Assembly (NCBI GenBank): GCA_040397235.1
Contig: JBBAWH010000001.1
Location: 21,330 to 85,329, forward strand
From: Candidatus Limnocylindrus sp.
GTDB lineage: Bacteria; Chloroflexota; Limnocylindria; Limnocylindrales; Limnocylindraceae
DNA: 64,000 nt
Direction of reading: 5' to 3'
How positions within the stretch are numbered: the first letter of the stretch is position 1; each line of letters opens with the position of its first letter. Position numbers and translations under genes: made by a program. The notes beneath the pieces were generated by a model. It saw nothing but the letters and a program-made list of their open reading frames with translations. It made no database searches and was not told the DNA's origin. Below are positions 17,356 through 25,629 of this stretch, one piece after another.

Positions 17356-17378
17356 ACGTAGGCACGTTGCTCCTACGT
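17356..17378 (+). other. Stem-loop in the rplO-secY spacer (ACGTAGG / 9-nt loop / CCTACGT)
   Basis: Perfect 7-bp inverted repeat, 17356-17362 against 17372-17378. It sits 8 nt upstream of the GGGGAAGGAG SD of secY. No U-tract follows. Confidence 0.3.
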
Positions 17379-17400
17379 ATAGCGGGGAAGGAGACGAACG

Positions 17401-18690
17401 ATGATTGACACCCTAGTGAACGCGTTCCGAACCCCCGAGATCCGACGCAAGCTCCTCTTCGTCGCCGGGATGCTCATCGTCTTCCGCCTTTTGAGCCATG
17501 TTCCCGTGCCAGGAGCCGATCCGGCGGCCCTCTCAAACTTCTTCAAGGACAACGCCCTCTTCGGCCTCCTCGACCTCTTCTCCGGCGGCGGTCTGGCGCG
17601 ATTCAGCGTCGTCGGCCTTGGCCTGAACCCATACATCAACGCCTCGATCATCATGCAGCTCATGAGCGGCGTGGTGCCGCGCCTGATCGAACTCAGCCGT
17701 GAGGGTGAGTACGGCCGCAACAAGATCAACCAGTACACCCGCTACCTGACCGTGCCGCTCGCGGCGCTGCAGAGCTACGCCTTCCTCGCGCTGTTGAATA
17801 GCCAGAACGTGCTCAAGACGCGCTTTGACCTGGCCAGCCCAGAGACCCTCGTACAGATCGTGATCCTCACGACCGGTTCGTTGCTACTCATGTGGATCGG
17901 CGAGCTCGTCACCGAGCGAGGCATCGGCAACGGGATCAGCTTCATCATCTTCGCCGGTATCATCGGCCGCGTGCCGGGCGCCATTCAGGAATTCTTTAGC
18001 GCGCCGGATCTCGCCGTACTGCTTGCCTTCGCCGTTCTCGGCGCTGCGGCCGTTGCTGCGATCATCTTGATCACCGAGGGGCAGCGCCGCATCCCGGTCG
18101 AGTATGCGAGCCGCGTCCGCGGCAATCGCGTCTACCAGGGTGGCCGCACCTTCCTGCCGCTAAAGGTCAATCAAGCCGGCGTGATTCCAATCATCTTTTC
18201 CATGAGCATCTTGCTCTTCCCAGCGCAGATCGCGGGCTATTTCACTGCCTCGGAGGTTGAGTGGGTCAAGGGCGGCGCACAATGGATCGTTGACACGCTT
18301 GGGCCACAGAACGAGCTCGTCTATCTTCCGTTCTACTTCATCCTCACGGTGGCGTTCACCTACTTCTACACAGCCTTCACCTTCAAGCCTGATGAGACCG
18401 CAGACCAGCTGCGGAAGAACGGCGGCTACATCCCAGGCATTCGCCCAGGGATGCCAACGCAGGAGTATCTGGGGAAGGTCGTCACACGCATCACCCTGCT
18501 TGGGTCGCTCTTCCTCGGACTGGTTGCCGTCTCGCCGTATGCCCTCGGCACACTCTTCGGTGATCTCGGTGGCCTCGGCGTCAGCCTTGGCGGTACCGGG
18601 CTCCTTATTGCGGTGAGCGTTGTTGTGGAGACGATGAAGCAGCTCGAGGCACAGATGCTGATGCGAAATTACGAGGGCTTCATTAAGTGA
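17401..18690 (+). CDS. secY: Preprotein translocase subunit SecY
   Basis: 429 aa with multiple hydrophobic segments. SecY-typical N-terminus (...LRRKLLFV..LIVFRL..HVPVPG). Conserved position after rplO. Confidence 0.97.
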   Translation: MIDTLVNAFRTPEIRRKLLFVAGMLIVFRLLSHVPVPGADPAALSNFFKDNALFGLLDLFSGGGLARFSVVGLGLNPYINASIIMQLMSGVVPRLIELSREGEYGRNKINQYTRYLTVPLAALQSYAFLALLNSQNVLKTRFDLASPETLVQIVILTTGSLLLMWIGELVTERGIGNGISFIIFAGIIGRVPGAIQEFFSAPDLAVLLAFAVLGAAAVAAIILITEGQRRIPVEYASRVRGNRVYQGGRTFLPLKVNQAGVIPIIFSMSILLFPAQIAGYFTASEVEWVKGGAQWIVDTLGPQNELVYLPFYFILTVAFTYFYTAFTFKPDETADQLRKNGGYIPGIRPGMPTQEYLGKVVTRITLLGSLFLGLVAVSPYALGTLFGDLGGLGVSLGGTGLLIAVSVVVETMKQLEAQMLMRNYEGFIK

Positions 18691-19343
18691 TCCTCGTCCT
18701 TCTCGGCGCCCCCGGCGCAGGGAAGGGGACGCAGGCGGAGGCACTCTCCGCAGCAACGGGGGCAGCCCACGTTGCGACTGGCGACCTCTTCCGTGCAGAA
18801 ATTGCCACTGGCTCGCCGCTCGGCCTTGCCGCACAGCAGTTCATCGACGCAGGGCAGTTGGTCCCCGACGAGGTCACCATCAACATGATCCAAGCGCGTC
18901 TCGCCAAGGGGGATGCAGTGAACCGCGTCATCCTTGACGGCTTTCCGCGCAATCCTGCACAGGTGGCTGCATTAGATGCGGCGTACGCGGCGAGCGGTCG
19001 TTCGATCCGCGCCGTACTGCTGAAGGTGGACGACGCGATCCTTGCAGAGCGCCTCACCGCGCGCCGAGTCTGCCCGTCATGTGGGCGCTCGTACCACCTC
19101 CTCAGCCGTCCGCCGCAGAGCCTCGGGGTGTGCGACGTGTGCGCCACGGCGCTGGTTACCCGGAGTGACGACGCCCCCGAGACCGTTGCGGCGCGACTGG
19201 CAAATCAGCTCGCCGCCCTTGGCTCGGTTGTCGAGCTGTATCGCGCAACTGGCCGCCTTACGGAGGTGAGCGGCGTTGGAACCATTGATGAGGTGCAAGG
19301 TCGCCTAGCGGCGGCCGCCGCTGCCGCTGGGCTGACGGCCTAG
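18687..19343 (+). CDS. adk: Adenylate kinase (zinc-lid form)
   Basis: 218 aa. P-loop GAPGAGKGTQ. Lid carries CPSC...CDVC. GTGA overlap with secY. Confidence 0.96.
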   Translation: MILVLLGAPGAGKGTQAEALSAATGAAHVATGDLFRAEIATGSPLGLAAQQFIDAGQLVPDEVTINMIQARLAKGDAVNRVILDGFPRNPAQVAALDAAYAASGRSIRAVLLKVDDAILAERLTARRVCPSCGRSYHLLSRPPQSLGVCDVCATALVTRSDDAPETVAARLANQLAALGSVVELYRATGRLTEVSGVGTIDEVQGRLAAAAAAAGLTA

Positions 19344-19345
19344 CG

Positions 19346-20101
19346 ATGGGGGCAATCACCCGCAAGAGCCCAGCCGAGATCGCGCTGATGCGACGTGCCG
19401 GCGCCATCGTTGCCGAAATTCATGAGCTCGTACAGGAGGCGGCGGTTCCAGGGGCGAGCACCGCCGAGCTGAACGCGATCGCCGAGCGCTGTATTGAACG
19501 CCACGGCGCAGCCTCCAATTTCAAGGGCTATCACGGCTTCCCATCCGTCATCTGCATCTCGCTCGATAGCGAGGTGGTGCATGGCATCCCCGGCGATCGT
19601 GAGATCAAAGAGGGGGCGCTCGTATCCATTGACGCGGGTGCCATTTGGGACGGCTGGCATGCCGACGGGGCCCGCAGCTTCGTGGTCGGCGAGGGGTCCC
19701 CAGAGGCGAAGCGCCTGGTGGCGGTGACCCGCGAGGCGCTGGATGCCGGCATCGCCGCCGCCCGCCCGGGGGCCACCATCGAAGAGATCTCTGGCGCAAT
19801 TGAGGATGTCGCCCTGCGCGCGGGGTATGGGATCGTGCGCCCCTACGTCGGCCACGGCATCGGCCGTGCCATGCATGAGGCCCCACAGGTGCCCAACTAC
19901 CGCACCGGCCGCAAGAGTCTGACCCTGGCGGAGGGGCACTGCCTGGCGATCGAGCCGATGCTCACCCTCGGGTCACCTGAGGTTGGGGTGATGGAGGACG
20001 AGTGGACAGTTGTAACAATTGACGGGAGCCTGGCGGCACATTGGGAGGAGAGCATCGCCATCGTGGCGGGGGGCTCCACCATCCTCACGAGGGGGTCATG
20101 A
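19346..20101 (+). CDS. map: Methionine aminopeptidase, type I
   Basis: 251 aa. MetAP-like blocks (SIDAGAIWDGWHADGARSF, YVGHGIGRAMHE, EPMLTLG). Conserved position after adk. Confidence 0.95.
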   Translation: MGAITRKSPAEIALMRRAGAIVAEIHELVQEAAVPGASTAELNAIAERCIERHGAASNFKGYHGFPSVICISLDSEVVHGIPGDREIKEGALVSIDAGAIWDGWHADGARSFVVGEGSPEAKRLVAVTREALDAGIAAARPGATIEEISGAIEDVALRAGYGIVRPYVGHGIGRAMHEAPQVPNYRTGRKSLTLAEGHCLAIEPMLTLGSPEVGVMEDEWTVVTIDGSLAAHWEESIAIVAGGSTILTRGS

Positions 20102-20132
20102 ACGCCCCTTTCGTGCGTGGATCGTGGGGCTC

Positions 20133-20141
20133 TGCTACTCT
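20133..20141 (+). promoter_or_regulatory. Candidate extended -10 element (TGcTACTCT) for the infA-alpha operon
   Basis: TGCTACTCT at 20133-20141 in the 118-nt map-infA spacer. No convincing -35. A 7-bp hairpin GTCTCGG-TCTT-CCGAGAC follows at 20177-20194. Confidence 0.2.
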
Positions 20142-20219
20142 CTCCCTTCGCGCGTCTGCGGACTCCGTAGCGCGCCGTCTCGGTCTTCCGAGACCCAGTA
20201 ACGCGTTCTGATCGGGGGT

Positions 20220-20441
20220 TTGTTGGCGAAGAAAGATTCGATCGAGGTCGAGGGGACCGTTGTTGAGCCGCTACCGAACACATCGTTCGTGATCGAGCTT
20301 GAAAATGGCCACCGGATCCGCGCCTACATCAGCGGAAAGCTTCGGACGAATTTCATCCGAATCCTTCCAGGTGATCGGGTGAAGGTCGAACTCTCGCCAT
20401 ACGATCTGACCCAGGGTCGGATCACCTACCGGTTGAAGTAG
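20220..20441 (+). CDS. infA: Translation initiation factor IF-1
   Basis: 73 aa. [42 protein letters not shown] start (20220 or 20223) preceded by GGGGG. Confidence 0.95.
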   Translation: MLAKKDSIEVEGTVVEPLPNTSFVIELENGHRIRAYISGKLRTNFIRILPGDRVKVELSPYDLTQGRITYRLK

Positions 20442-20478
20442 CAGCACGAGCGGTGCGCCGCTCACAGCAGGAGAACGA

Positions 20479-20592
20479 GTGAAAGTATCTGCGTCGGTCA
20501 AGGTTCGTTGCGACAAGTGCCTCGTGATTAAGCGGCACGGCCGCGTCATGGTCATTTGCGAAAACCCGAAGCACAAGCAGCGACAGGGTTAG
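20479..20592 (+). CDS. rpmJ: 50S ribosomal protein L36 (bL36), zinc-binding form
   Basis: Absent from the ORF track because it is under 60 aa. GTG 20479 to TAG 20590-20592 encodes [37 protein letters not shown] (37 aa). AGGAGA at 20468-20473. Confidence 0.95.
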   Translation: MKVSASVKVRCDKCLVIKRHGRVMVICENPKHKQRQG

Positions 20593-20595
20593 CTG

Positions 20596-20973
20596 ATGGC
20601 TCGTATTGCAGGGGTCGATATTCCGCGCGAGAAGCGCGTTGAGATCGCCCTTACCTACATCTTCGGCGTTGGCCTGACCACCAGCCAGAAGATCTTGGCG
20701 CAGACCTCCATTAATCCCGACACGCGCGTGCGCGATCTCACCGAAGACCAGGTCAACCGACTTCGTGAAGTCGTCGACAAGGGTCGCAAGGTCGAAGGCG
20801 ACCTCCGCCGCGAGATTGCCATGAACATCAAGCGACTAATCGAGGTTGGCACCTACCGTGGCACCCGACATCGCAAGAACCTCCCGTCGCGCGGTCAGCG
20901 CACGAAGACCAACGCACGACAGCGCCGTGGCGCACGCAAGACCGTCGCCGGCAAGAAGATTGAGAAGAAGTAG
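20596..20973 (+). CDS. rpsM: 30S ribosomal protein S13 (uS13)
   Basis: 125 aa. [26 protein letters not shown]. Starts 3 nt after rpmJ. Confidence 0.97.
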   Translation: MARIAGVDIPREKRVEIALTYIFGVGLTTSQKILAQTSINPDTRVRDLTEDQVNRLREVVDKGRKVEGDLRREIAMNIKRLIEVGTYRGTRHRKNLPSRGQRTKTNARQRRGARKTVAGKKIEKK

Positions 20974-20981
20974 GCAGAGAG

Positions 20982-21383
20982 ATGGCTGAAGAGAAGAAGA
21001 AGCGCGCACCGAAGACTCGACGTCGCGAGAAGAAGAACGTGCCAGTCGGGCATGTGCACATCGCCGCGTCGTTCAACAACACCCTCGTATCAATCACCGA
21101 CCTAACGGGCGCGGTGCTTTCGTGGGGCTCGGGTGGCGTCGCTGGCTTCAAGGGCTCACGCAAGAGCACCCCGTACGCCGCATCGCTCGGAGCTGAGTCG
21201 GCCGCACGCAAGGCGATGGAGCACGGACTTCGCTCCGTGGCCGTCTTCGTGAAGGGTCCAGGCGCCGGACGCGAGCAGGCAATCCGTGGCCTACAGACAG
21301 CGGGCCTCGACATCACTGCAATTACCGATGTGACGCCGCTGCCACACAACGGCTGCCGTCCTCCAAAGAAGCGCCGAGTCTAG
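20982..21383 (+). CDS. rpsK: 30S ribosomal protein S11 (uS11)
   Basis: 133 aa. [18 protein letters not shown]...[13 protein letters not shown]. Confidence 0.97.
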   Translation: MAEEKKKRAPKTRRREKKNVPVGHVHIAASFNNTLVSITDLTGAVLSWGSGGVAGFKGSRKSTPYAASLGAESAARKAMEHGLRSVAVFVKGPGAGREQAIRGLQTAGLDITAITDVTPLPHNGCRPPKKRRV

Positions 21384-21395
21384 GGGAGTAGAAGC

Positions 21396-22022
21396 ATGGG
21401 TCGAGATACCGGACCAGTCTGCCGCCAGTGCCGTCGAGAGGGCGCGAAGCTCTTCTTGAAGGGTGCGCGATGCTATACGAAGAAGTGCTCGTTCGAGAAG
21501 CGCCCGACCCCTCCAGGCATGCACATGATGCGCCGCCGCAAGGTTGGCGACTACGGCCTGCAGCTGCGCGAGAAGCAGAAGATGCGCCGCGTCTATCGCA
21601 TTGGCGAGACCCAGTTCCGCCGCCTCTTTGAGGCCGCTGAGCGTGGCACCGACGTGACAGGCGAGAACCTGCTCCGCCTCCTTGAGCTGCGATTCGACAA
21701 CGTCGTCTACCGACTCGGACTCGCCAGCTCGCGAGACCAGGCACGCCAGTTGATCACCCACGGCCACCTCTCCATCAATGGTCAGGCGGTAAACATTCCG
21801 TCGTACTCACTGAAGCCAGGCGATGTCATCTCGGTCCGCGAGGGGCGAGCCGACATCGGGCCATTCAAGGAAGCCGCAGGCTCCCTTTCAGGCAATGGCA
21901 TTCAGGAGTGGCTCCGCGTGGATGCCACAAAGTTGACCGGTACGGTGGTCGCTGCTCCGCGGCGCGATCAGATGCCGGGCGACTTCAATGAACAACTCGT
22001 CGTCGAGTTCTACTCGCGGTAA
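21396..22022 (+). CDS. rpsD: 30S ribosomal protein S4 (uS4)
   Basis: 208 aa. CRQCRREGAKLFLKGARC N-terminal region and an S4 RNA-binding domain. Confidence 0.96.
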   Translation: MGRDTGPVCRQCRREGAKLFLKGARCYTKKCSFEKRPTPPGMHMMRRRKVGDYGLQLREKQKMRRVYRIGETQFRRLFEAAERGTDVTGENLLRLLELRFDNVVYRLGLASSRDQARQLITHGHLSINGQAVNIPSYSLKPGDVISVREGRADIGPFKEAAGSLSGNGIQEWLRVDATKLTGTVVAAPRRDQMPGDFNEQLVVEFYSR

Positions 22023-22034
22023 GAGGGAGAGAAT

Positions 22035-23042
22035 ATGTCCGATGCACTGACCACCAAGATCGCCCCGCTCGAGGAGCTCGGCTCGTACGGCAAGTACGAG
22101 GCTGGCCCATTCGCGCCAGGCTACGGCGTCACCCTCGGCAACGCGCTGCGCCGCGTCCTCCTTGGATCGCTGGAGGGTGCCGCAGTCACCGCCGTGCAGA
22201 TCGACGGAGTCATGCAGGAGTTCTCCTCGCTGCCAGGCGTCCGTGAAGACGTCGTGCAGATTCTCCTCAACGTTAAGAAGATTCGCCTTCGCAGCTTTGC
22301 GAAGGAGCGCATCGAGCTCACCCTTTCGAAGAAGGGGGCAGGCCCGGTCACCGCTGGCGACATCAAGCCGAACGGCCAGATTGAGATCGTCAATCCAGAG
22401 TTGGTTATTGCAACGCTCGACTCCGACAAGGCGTCCATTGAGGCCACCCTCGTCGTTGAGACCGGCGTTGGCTACGTTTCCTCAGACCGCGTTGATGCGG
22501 ACCCTGAGGGCGAGGTACGACCACGTGGCGTGATGAGCGTCGACGCCATCTTCACCCCAGTCCGCAAGGTCAACTTCACGGTTGAGAACACGCGCGTCGG
22601 CCAGGATGTCGACCGCGAGAAGCTCATCCTTGAGATCGAGACCGACGGCACGATTACGCCAGAGGCTGCTGTCCGCAAGGCTGCGGCAATCCTCGTCAGC
22701 CAGTTCACCGCCTTCTCCGGCCTCGGCGAGGTCCCGGCGGCTGTGCCAGCGGCAGAGGCTGGCGGCAACCTTCTTGACGTTTCAATTGAGGATCTTGATC
22801 TGCCGATGCGCGCCTATAACGCGCTGAAGCGCGCCGGTATCCTCAAGGTCCGCCAGCTCCTCACCGCCCTTGATGGTGGAGAGATGGAGCTCCTCAAGTT
22901 GCGCAACTTTGGCCAGAAGAGCCTCAACGAGGTTCGCGAGAAGCTCGTCGAGCGCGGCTTTGATGTGCCTGAGAGCAGCATCCCTGCTGACGCCATCTTC
23001 GACGAAGATGAGAGCGACGCCGACGACGAGGAGAAGGCCTAA
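22035..23042 (+). CDS. rpoA: DNA-directed RNA polymerase subunit alpha
   Basis: 335 aa. GYGVTLGNALRRVLL block. C-terminal domain with LDLPMRAYNALKRAGI. Acidic tail. Confidence 0.97.
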   Translation: MSDALTTKIAPLEELGSYGKYEAGPFAPGYGVTLGNALRRVLLGSLEGAAVTAVQIDGVMQEFSSLPGVREDVVQILLNVKKIRLRSFAKERIELTLSKKGAGPVTAGDIKPNGQIEIVNPELVIATLDSDKASIEATLVVETGVGYVSSDRVDADPEGEVRPRGVMSVDAIFTPVRKVNFTVENTRVGQDVDREKLILEIETDGTITPEAAVRKAAAILVSQFTAFSGLGEVPAAVPAAEAGGNLLDVSIEDLDLPMRAYNALKRAGILKVRQLLTALDGGEMELLKLRNFGQKSLNEVREKLVERGFDVPESSIPADAIFDEDESDADDEEKA

Positions 23043-23398
23043 TGACCTCGCACGCGATTGGCGGACGTAAGCTCTCCCGCAAGCAGGGGCCGCGCCTCGC
23101 GCTGTATAAAAACCTGATTGTCTCCGTGTTGCGCTACGAGCGTATCCAGACGACTGAGGCCAAGGCCAAGGAGATTCGTCCGCAGGTTGAGCAGATCATT
23201 ACGCTCGCCAAGAAGGGTGGCCTCTCAGCCCGACGTGCCGTGATTGCAGCCCTCCCGGAAGAGCCGCTCGTCGTTGAGAAGCTCTTTGATGAAATCGTTC
23301 CGAAGTATGCGAACCGCACCTCGGGCTACTGTCGTATCACCAAGATTGGCATTCGCCAGGGTGACTCGGCGCCGCTTGTGCAGCTTGAATTGATCTAG
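23042..23398 (+). CDS. rplQ: 50S ribosomal protein L17 (bL17)
   Basis: 118 aa. LALYKNLIVSVLRYERIQTTEAKAKE. TAATG overlap with rpoA. Confidence 0.96.
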   Translation: MTSHAIGGRKLSRKQGPRLALYKNLIVSVLRYERIQTTEAKAKEIRPQVEQIITLAKKGGLSARRAVIAALPEEPLVVEKLFDEIVPKYANRTSGYCRITKIGIRQGDSAPLVQLELI

Positions 23399-23407
23399 GA
23401 GGATCAG

Positions 23408-23839
23408 ATGAACACGAAGACCTGGACACCTCGCGCCGCTGAAATCGAGCGCCGCTGGTTCGTGATCGATGCCGAGGGCCAGACCCTAGGCCGACTCGCG
23501 ACGAAGGTGGCCTCAACGCTGATGGGGAAGGGGAAGCCAACCTTCGCTGACCACCTCGACTCGGGCGACTTCGTGATCGTGATCAACTCCGCGAAGCTGG
23601 TTGTGACCGGTGACCGACTCCTCTCAAAGAAGTACCACTCGCACTCTGGGCAGCCAGGCGGTTACCGCATGGAGGTTCTCGGCGATTTGCTGAAGCGCAA
23701 GCCGAATGAGGCGATTCGCCGCGCCGTCAAGGGAATGCTCCCAAAGACGAAGCTTGGCAATGCACAGATTCGTAAGTTGAAGGTCTATGCCGATGCAGAT
23801 CATCCGCACGCTCCCCAGAAGCCAGAGCCCCTCGCGTGA
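23408..23839 (+). CDS. rplM: 50S ribosomal protein L13 (uL13)
   Basis: 143 aa. [31 protein letters not shown] upstream. Confidence 0.97.
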   Translation: MNTKTWTPRAAEIERRWFVIDAEGQTLGRLATKVASTLMGKGKPTFADHLDSGDFVIVINSAKLVVTGDRLLSKKYHSHSGQPGGYRMEVLGDLLKRKPNEAIRRAVKGMLPKTKLGNAQIRKLKVYADADHPHAPQKPEPLA

Positions 23840-24255
23840 GCCCGAAGGAGAAGAACGTGGCAAGTCTGCCGTATTACCAGGGAACCGGTCGACGCAAGAC
23901 CTCTGTTGCACGCGTTCGCCTCGTTGCTGGTGAGGGCCAGATCGTCATCAATGGACGCACCTACGAGCAGCACTTCGGCGGCGCCATTCCGCAGTCTGAA
24001 GTATTCGCGCCATACCGAGTCACTGGCACCGAGGGTCGCTTCAATGCGATGGTGAAGGTTGAGGGCGGCGGCATCTCTGGCCAGGCAGGCGCAATTCGCC
24101 ACGGCATCTCACGCGCACTCCTCTCCGCTGATCCAGAGGCGTACCGACTACCACTCCGCCAAGCTGGATTCCTGACGCGCGACCCGCGCGCCAAGGAGCG
24201 CAAGAAGTATGGTCTCGTCCGCGCACGCAAGGCGAAGCAGTTCACCAAGCGCTGA
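23836..24255 (+). CDS. rpsI: 30S ribosomal protein S9 (uS9)
   Basis: 139 aa. [17 protein letters not shown]...ends KQFTKR. GTGA overlap with rplM. Confidence 0.96.
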   Translation: MSPKEKNVASLPYYQGTGRRKTSVARVRLVAGEGQIVINGRTYEQHFGGAIPQSEVFAPYRVTGTEGRFNAMVKVEGGGISGQAGAIRHGISRALLSADPEAYRLPLRQAGFLTRDPRAKERKKYGLVRARKAKQFTKR

Positions 24256-24273
24256 TCTAACGCAAGGACGCCC

Positions 24274-25620
24274 GTGACCACGGTTCGCTTCGGCACCGAT
24301 GGGATCCGCGGGATCGCTGGTGACACACTCACCGTTGAGATGGCTGCGGCACTCGGTGTCGCCCTGATGCAGCAACATCCGGCCGGGCTAGTGCTCCTTG
24401 GGCGCGACACGCGTCCGAGCGGCCCCGAGCTCTCCGCCGCGCTCGCAGGCGCCATTGAGGCGCACGGCGGAACCGTGATTGATGTTGGCGTTATCCCAAC
24501 GCCTGGACTCGCCTCACTCGTTGCAGGCGAGCCACACGCCGCCTGCGGCGTGGTAGTCACCGCATCGCACAACCCCGTCGAGTACAACGGCCTAAAGGTG
24601 CTCGCGCGTGACGGTCGCAAGATCCCCGATGCCGAGGAGCGAGCGCTTGAGGCGGCAATGGAGCGTGCCCTAGCGGGGGGTCTGCTGATAGTTGCGCCAT
24701 CGGCATCGCACGCAGACGAGGCCCAGGCGTATCGAGAGCGATATGAGCGAACCCTGGCGGAGCTTGCGCACTCTGTGAGTGCAAGCGCGCTGAGTGTGGT
24801 GGTCGATGCGGCACATGGTGCGGCGTCACCATTCGCCGTTGCGGCGCTCGCCGCCACGGGTGCCACGGTCCTGCCGTTCGCAATGGGGGACGGCATCATC
24901 AATGACGGCGTTGGCGCCACCGACCCCGCCGCACTCGGCGAGCAGGTGCGCGCGCACGGCGCCGACCTCGGCATCGCGCTCGATGGTGACGCTGATCGCT
25001 GCGTCGTCGTGGATGCTGGCGGGCGAGCCATTGATGGTGACGTCTTGATTGCCCTCATCGCCCTGGATCGGAAGGGGCGGGGGGTCGCCGGGTCTGAGCG
25101 CGCAGTTGCAACGGTGCTGACCAACAGCGGTGTGGAGCGCCACCTTGCCGCCCACGGGATCACCTTGGAGCGCACCCCCGTCGGCGACCGACACATTGCT
25201 GACCGGCTCGCCGCTGGCCAGGGCGGCTTCGGTGGCGAGAAGAGTGGCCACCTCCTCTTCACGGAGCTCTCACCGACCGGTGACGGGCTCCTCAGTGCGA
25301 TCACCGTGCTCGGGCTCATTGCCCGCGCGGGGATCCCCGTGGGCGAGATGGCTGATGCGGTCCCCCTCGACCCCCAACTGCAGCGAACGGTGCCAGTGCC
25401 TCCAGGTGAGGGGGGGCGACTCCTCGCAGAGCCTGATCTCCAGAACGCCATTCGCCAGGCTGAGGCGGCCCTCGCACAGACAGGTGGGCGCGTCCTTGTG
25501 CGCCTCTCTGGGACTGAGCCCCTGCTCCGAGTGATGGGCGAGGGCCCCGATCGCGCAGCGGTCACGGCCGCCGTTGAGCACCTGCTGGAGGTAGCCGCGA
25601 GCCTCGTACGCGGGCGGTAG
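24274..25620 (+). CDS. glmM: Phosphoglucosamine mutase
   Basis: 448 aa. FGTDGIRG N-terminus. Phosphoserine loop TASHNP. Mg site DGDADR. Confidence 0.95.
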   Translation: MTTVRFGTDGIRGIAGDTLTVEMAAALGVALMQQHPAGLVLLGRDTRPSGPELSAALAGAIEAHGGTVIDVGVIPTPGLASLVAGEPHAACGVVVTASHNPVEYNGLKVLARDGRKIPDAEERALEAAMERALAGGLLIVAPSASHADEAQAYRERYERTLAELAHSVSASALSVVVDAAHGAASPFAVAALAATGATVLPFAMGDGIINDGVGATDPAALGEQVRAHGADLGIALDGDADRCVVVDAGGRAIDGDVLIALIALDRKGRGVAGSERAVATVLTNSGVERHLAAHGITLERTPVGDRHIADRLAAGQGGFGGEKSGHLLFTELSPTGDGLLSAITVLGLIARAGIPVGEMADAVPLDPQLQRTVPVPPGEGGRLLAEPDLQNAIRQAEAALAQTGGRVLVRLSGTEPLLRVMGEGPDRAAVTAAVEHLLEVAASLVRGR

Positions 25621-25623
25621 ACT
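25618..25623 (+). promoter_or_regulatory. Candidate -10 box (TAGACT) 6 nt upstream of the glmS ATG
   Basis: TAGACT at 25618-25623, spacer ACCGCC, ATG at 25630. No SD in the 9-nt glmM-glmS gap. The hexamer overlaps the glmM TAG stop. Confidence 0.3.
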
Positions 25624-25629
25624 ACCGCC

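Noticed and set aside
25621-25629. glmS ribozyme upstream of glmS
   Set aside because: Only 9 nt of non-coding sequence exist. The last ~170 nt of glmM are constrained coding sequence, and I saw no resemblance to the ribozyme core.
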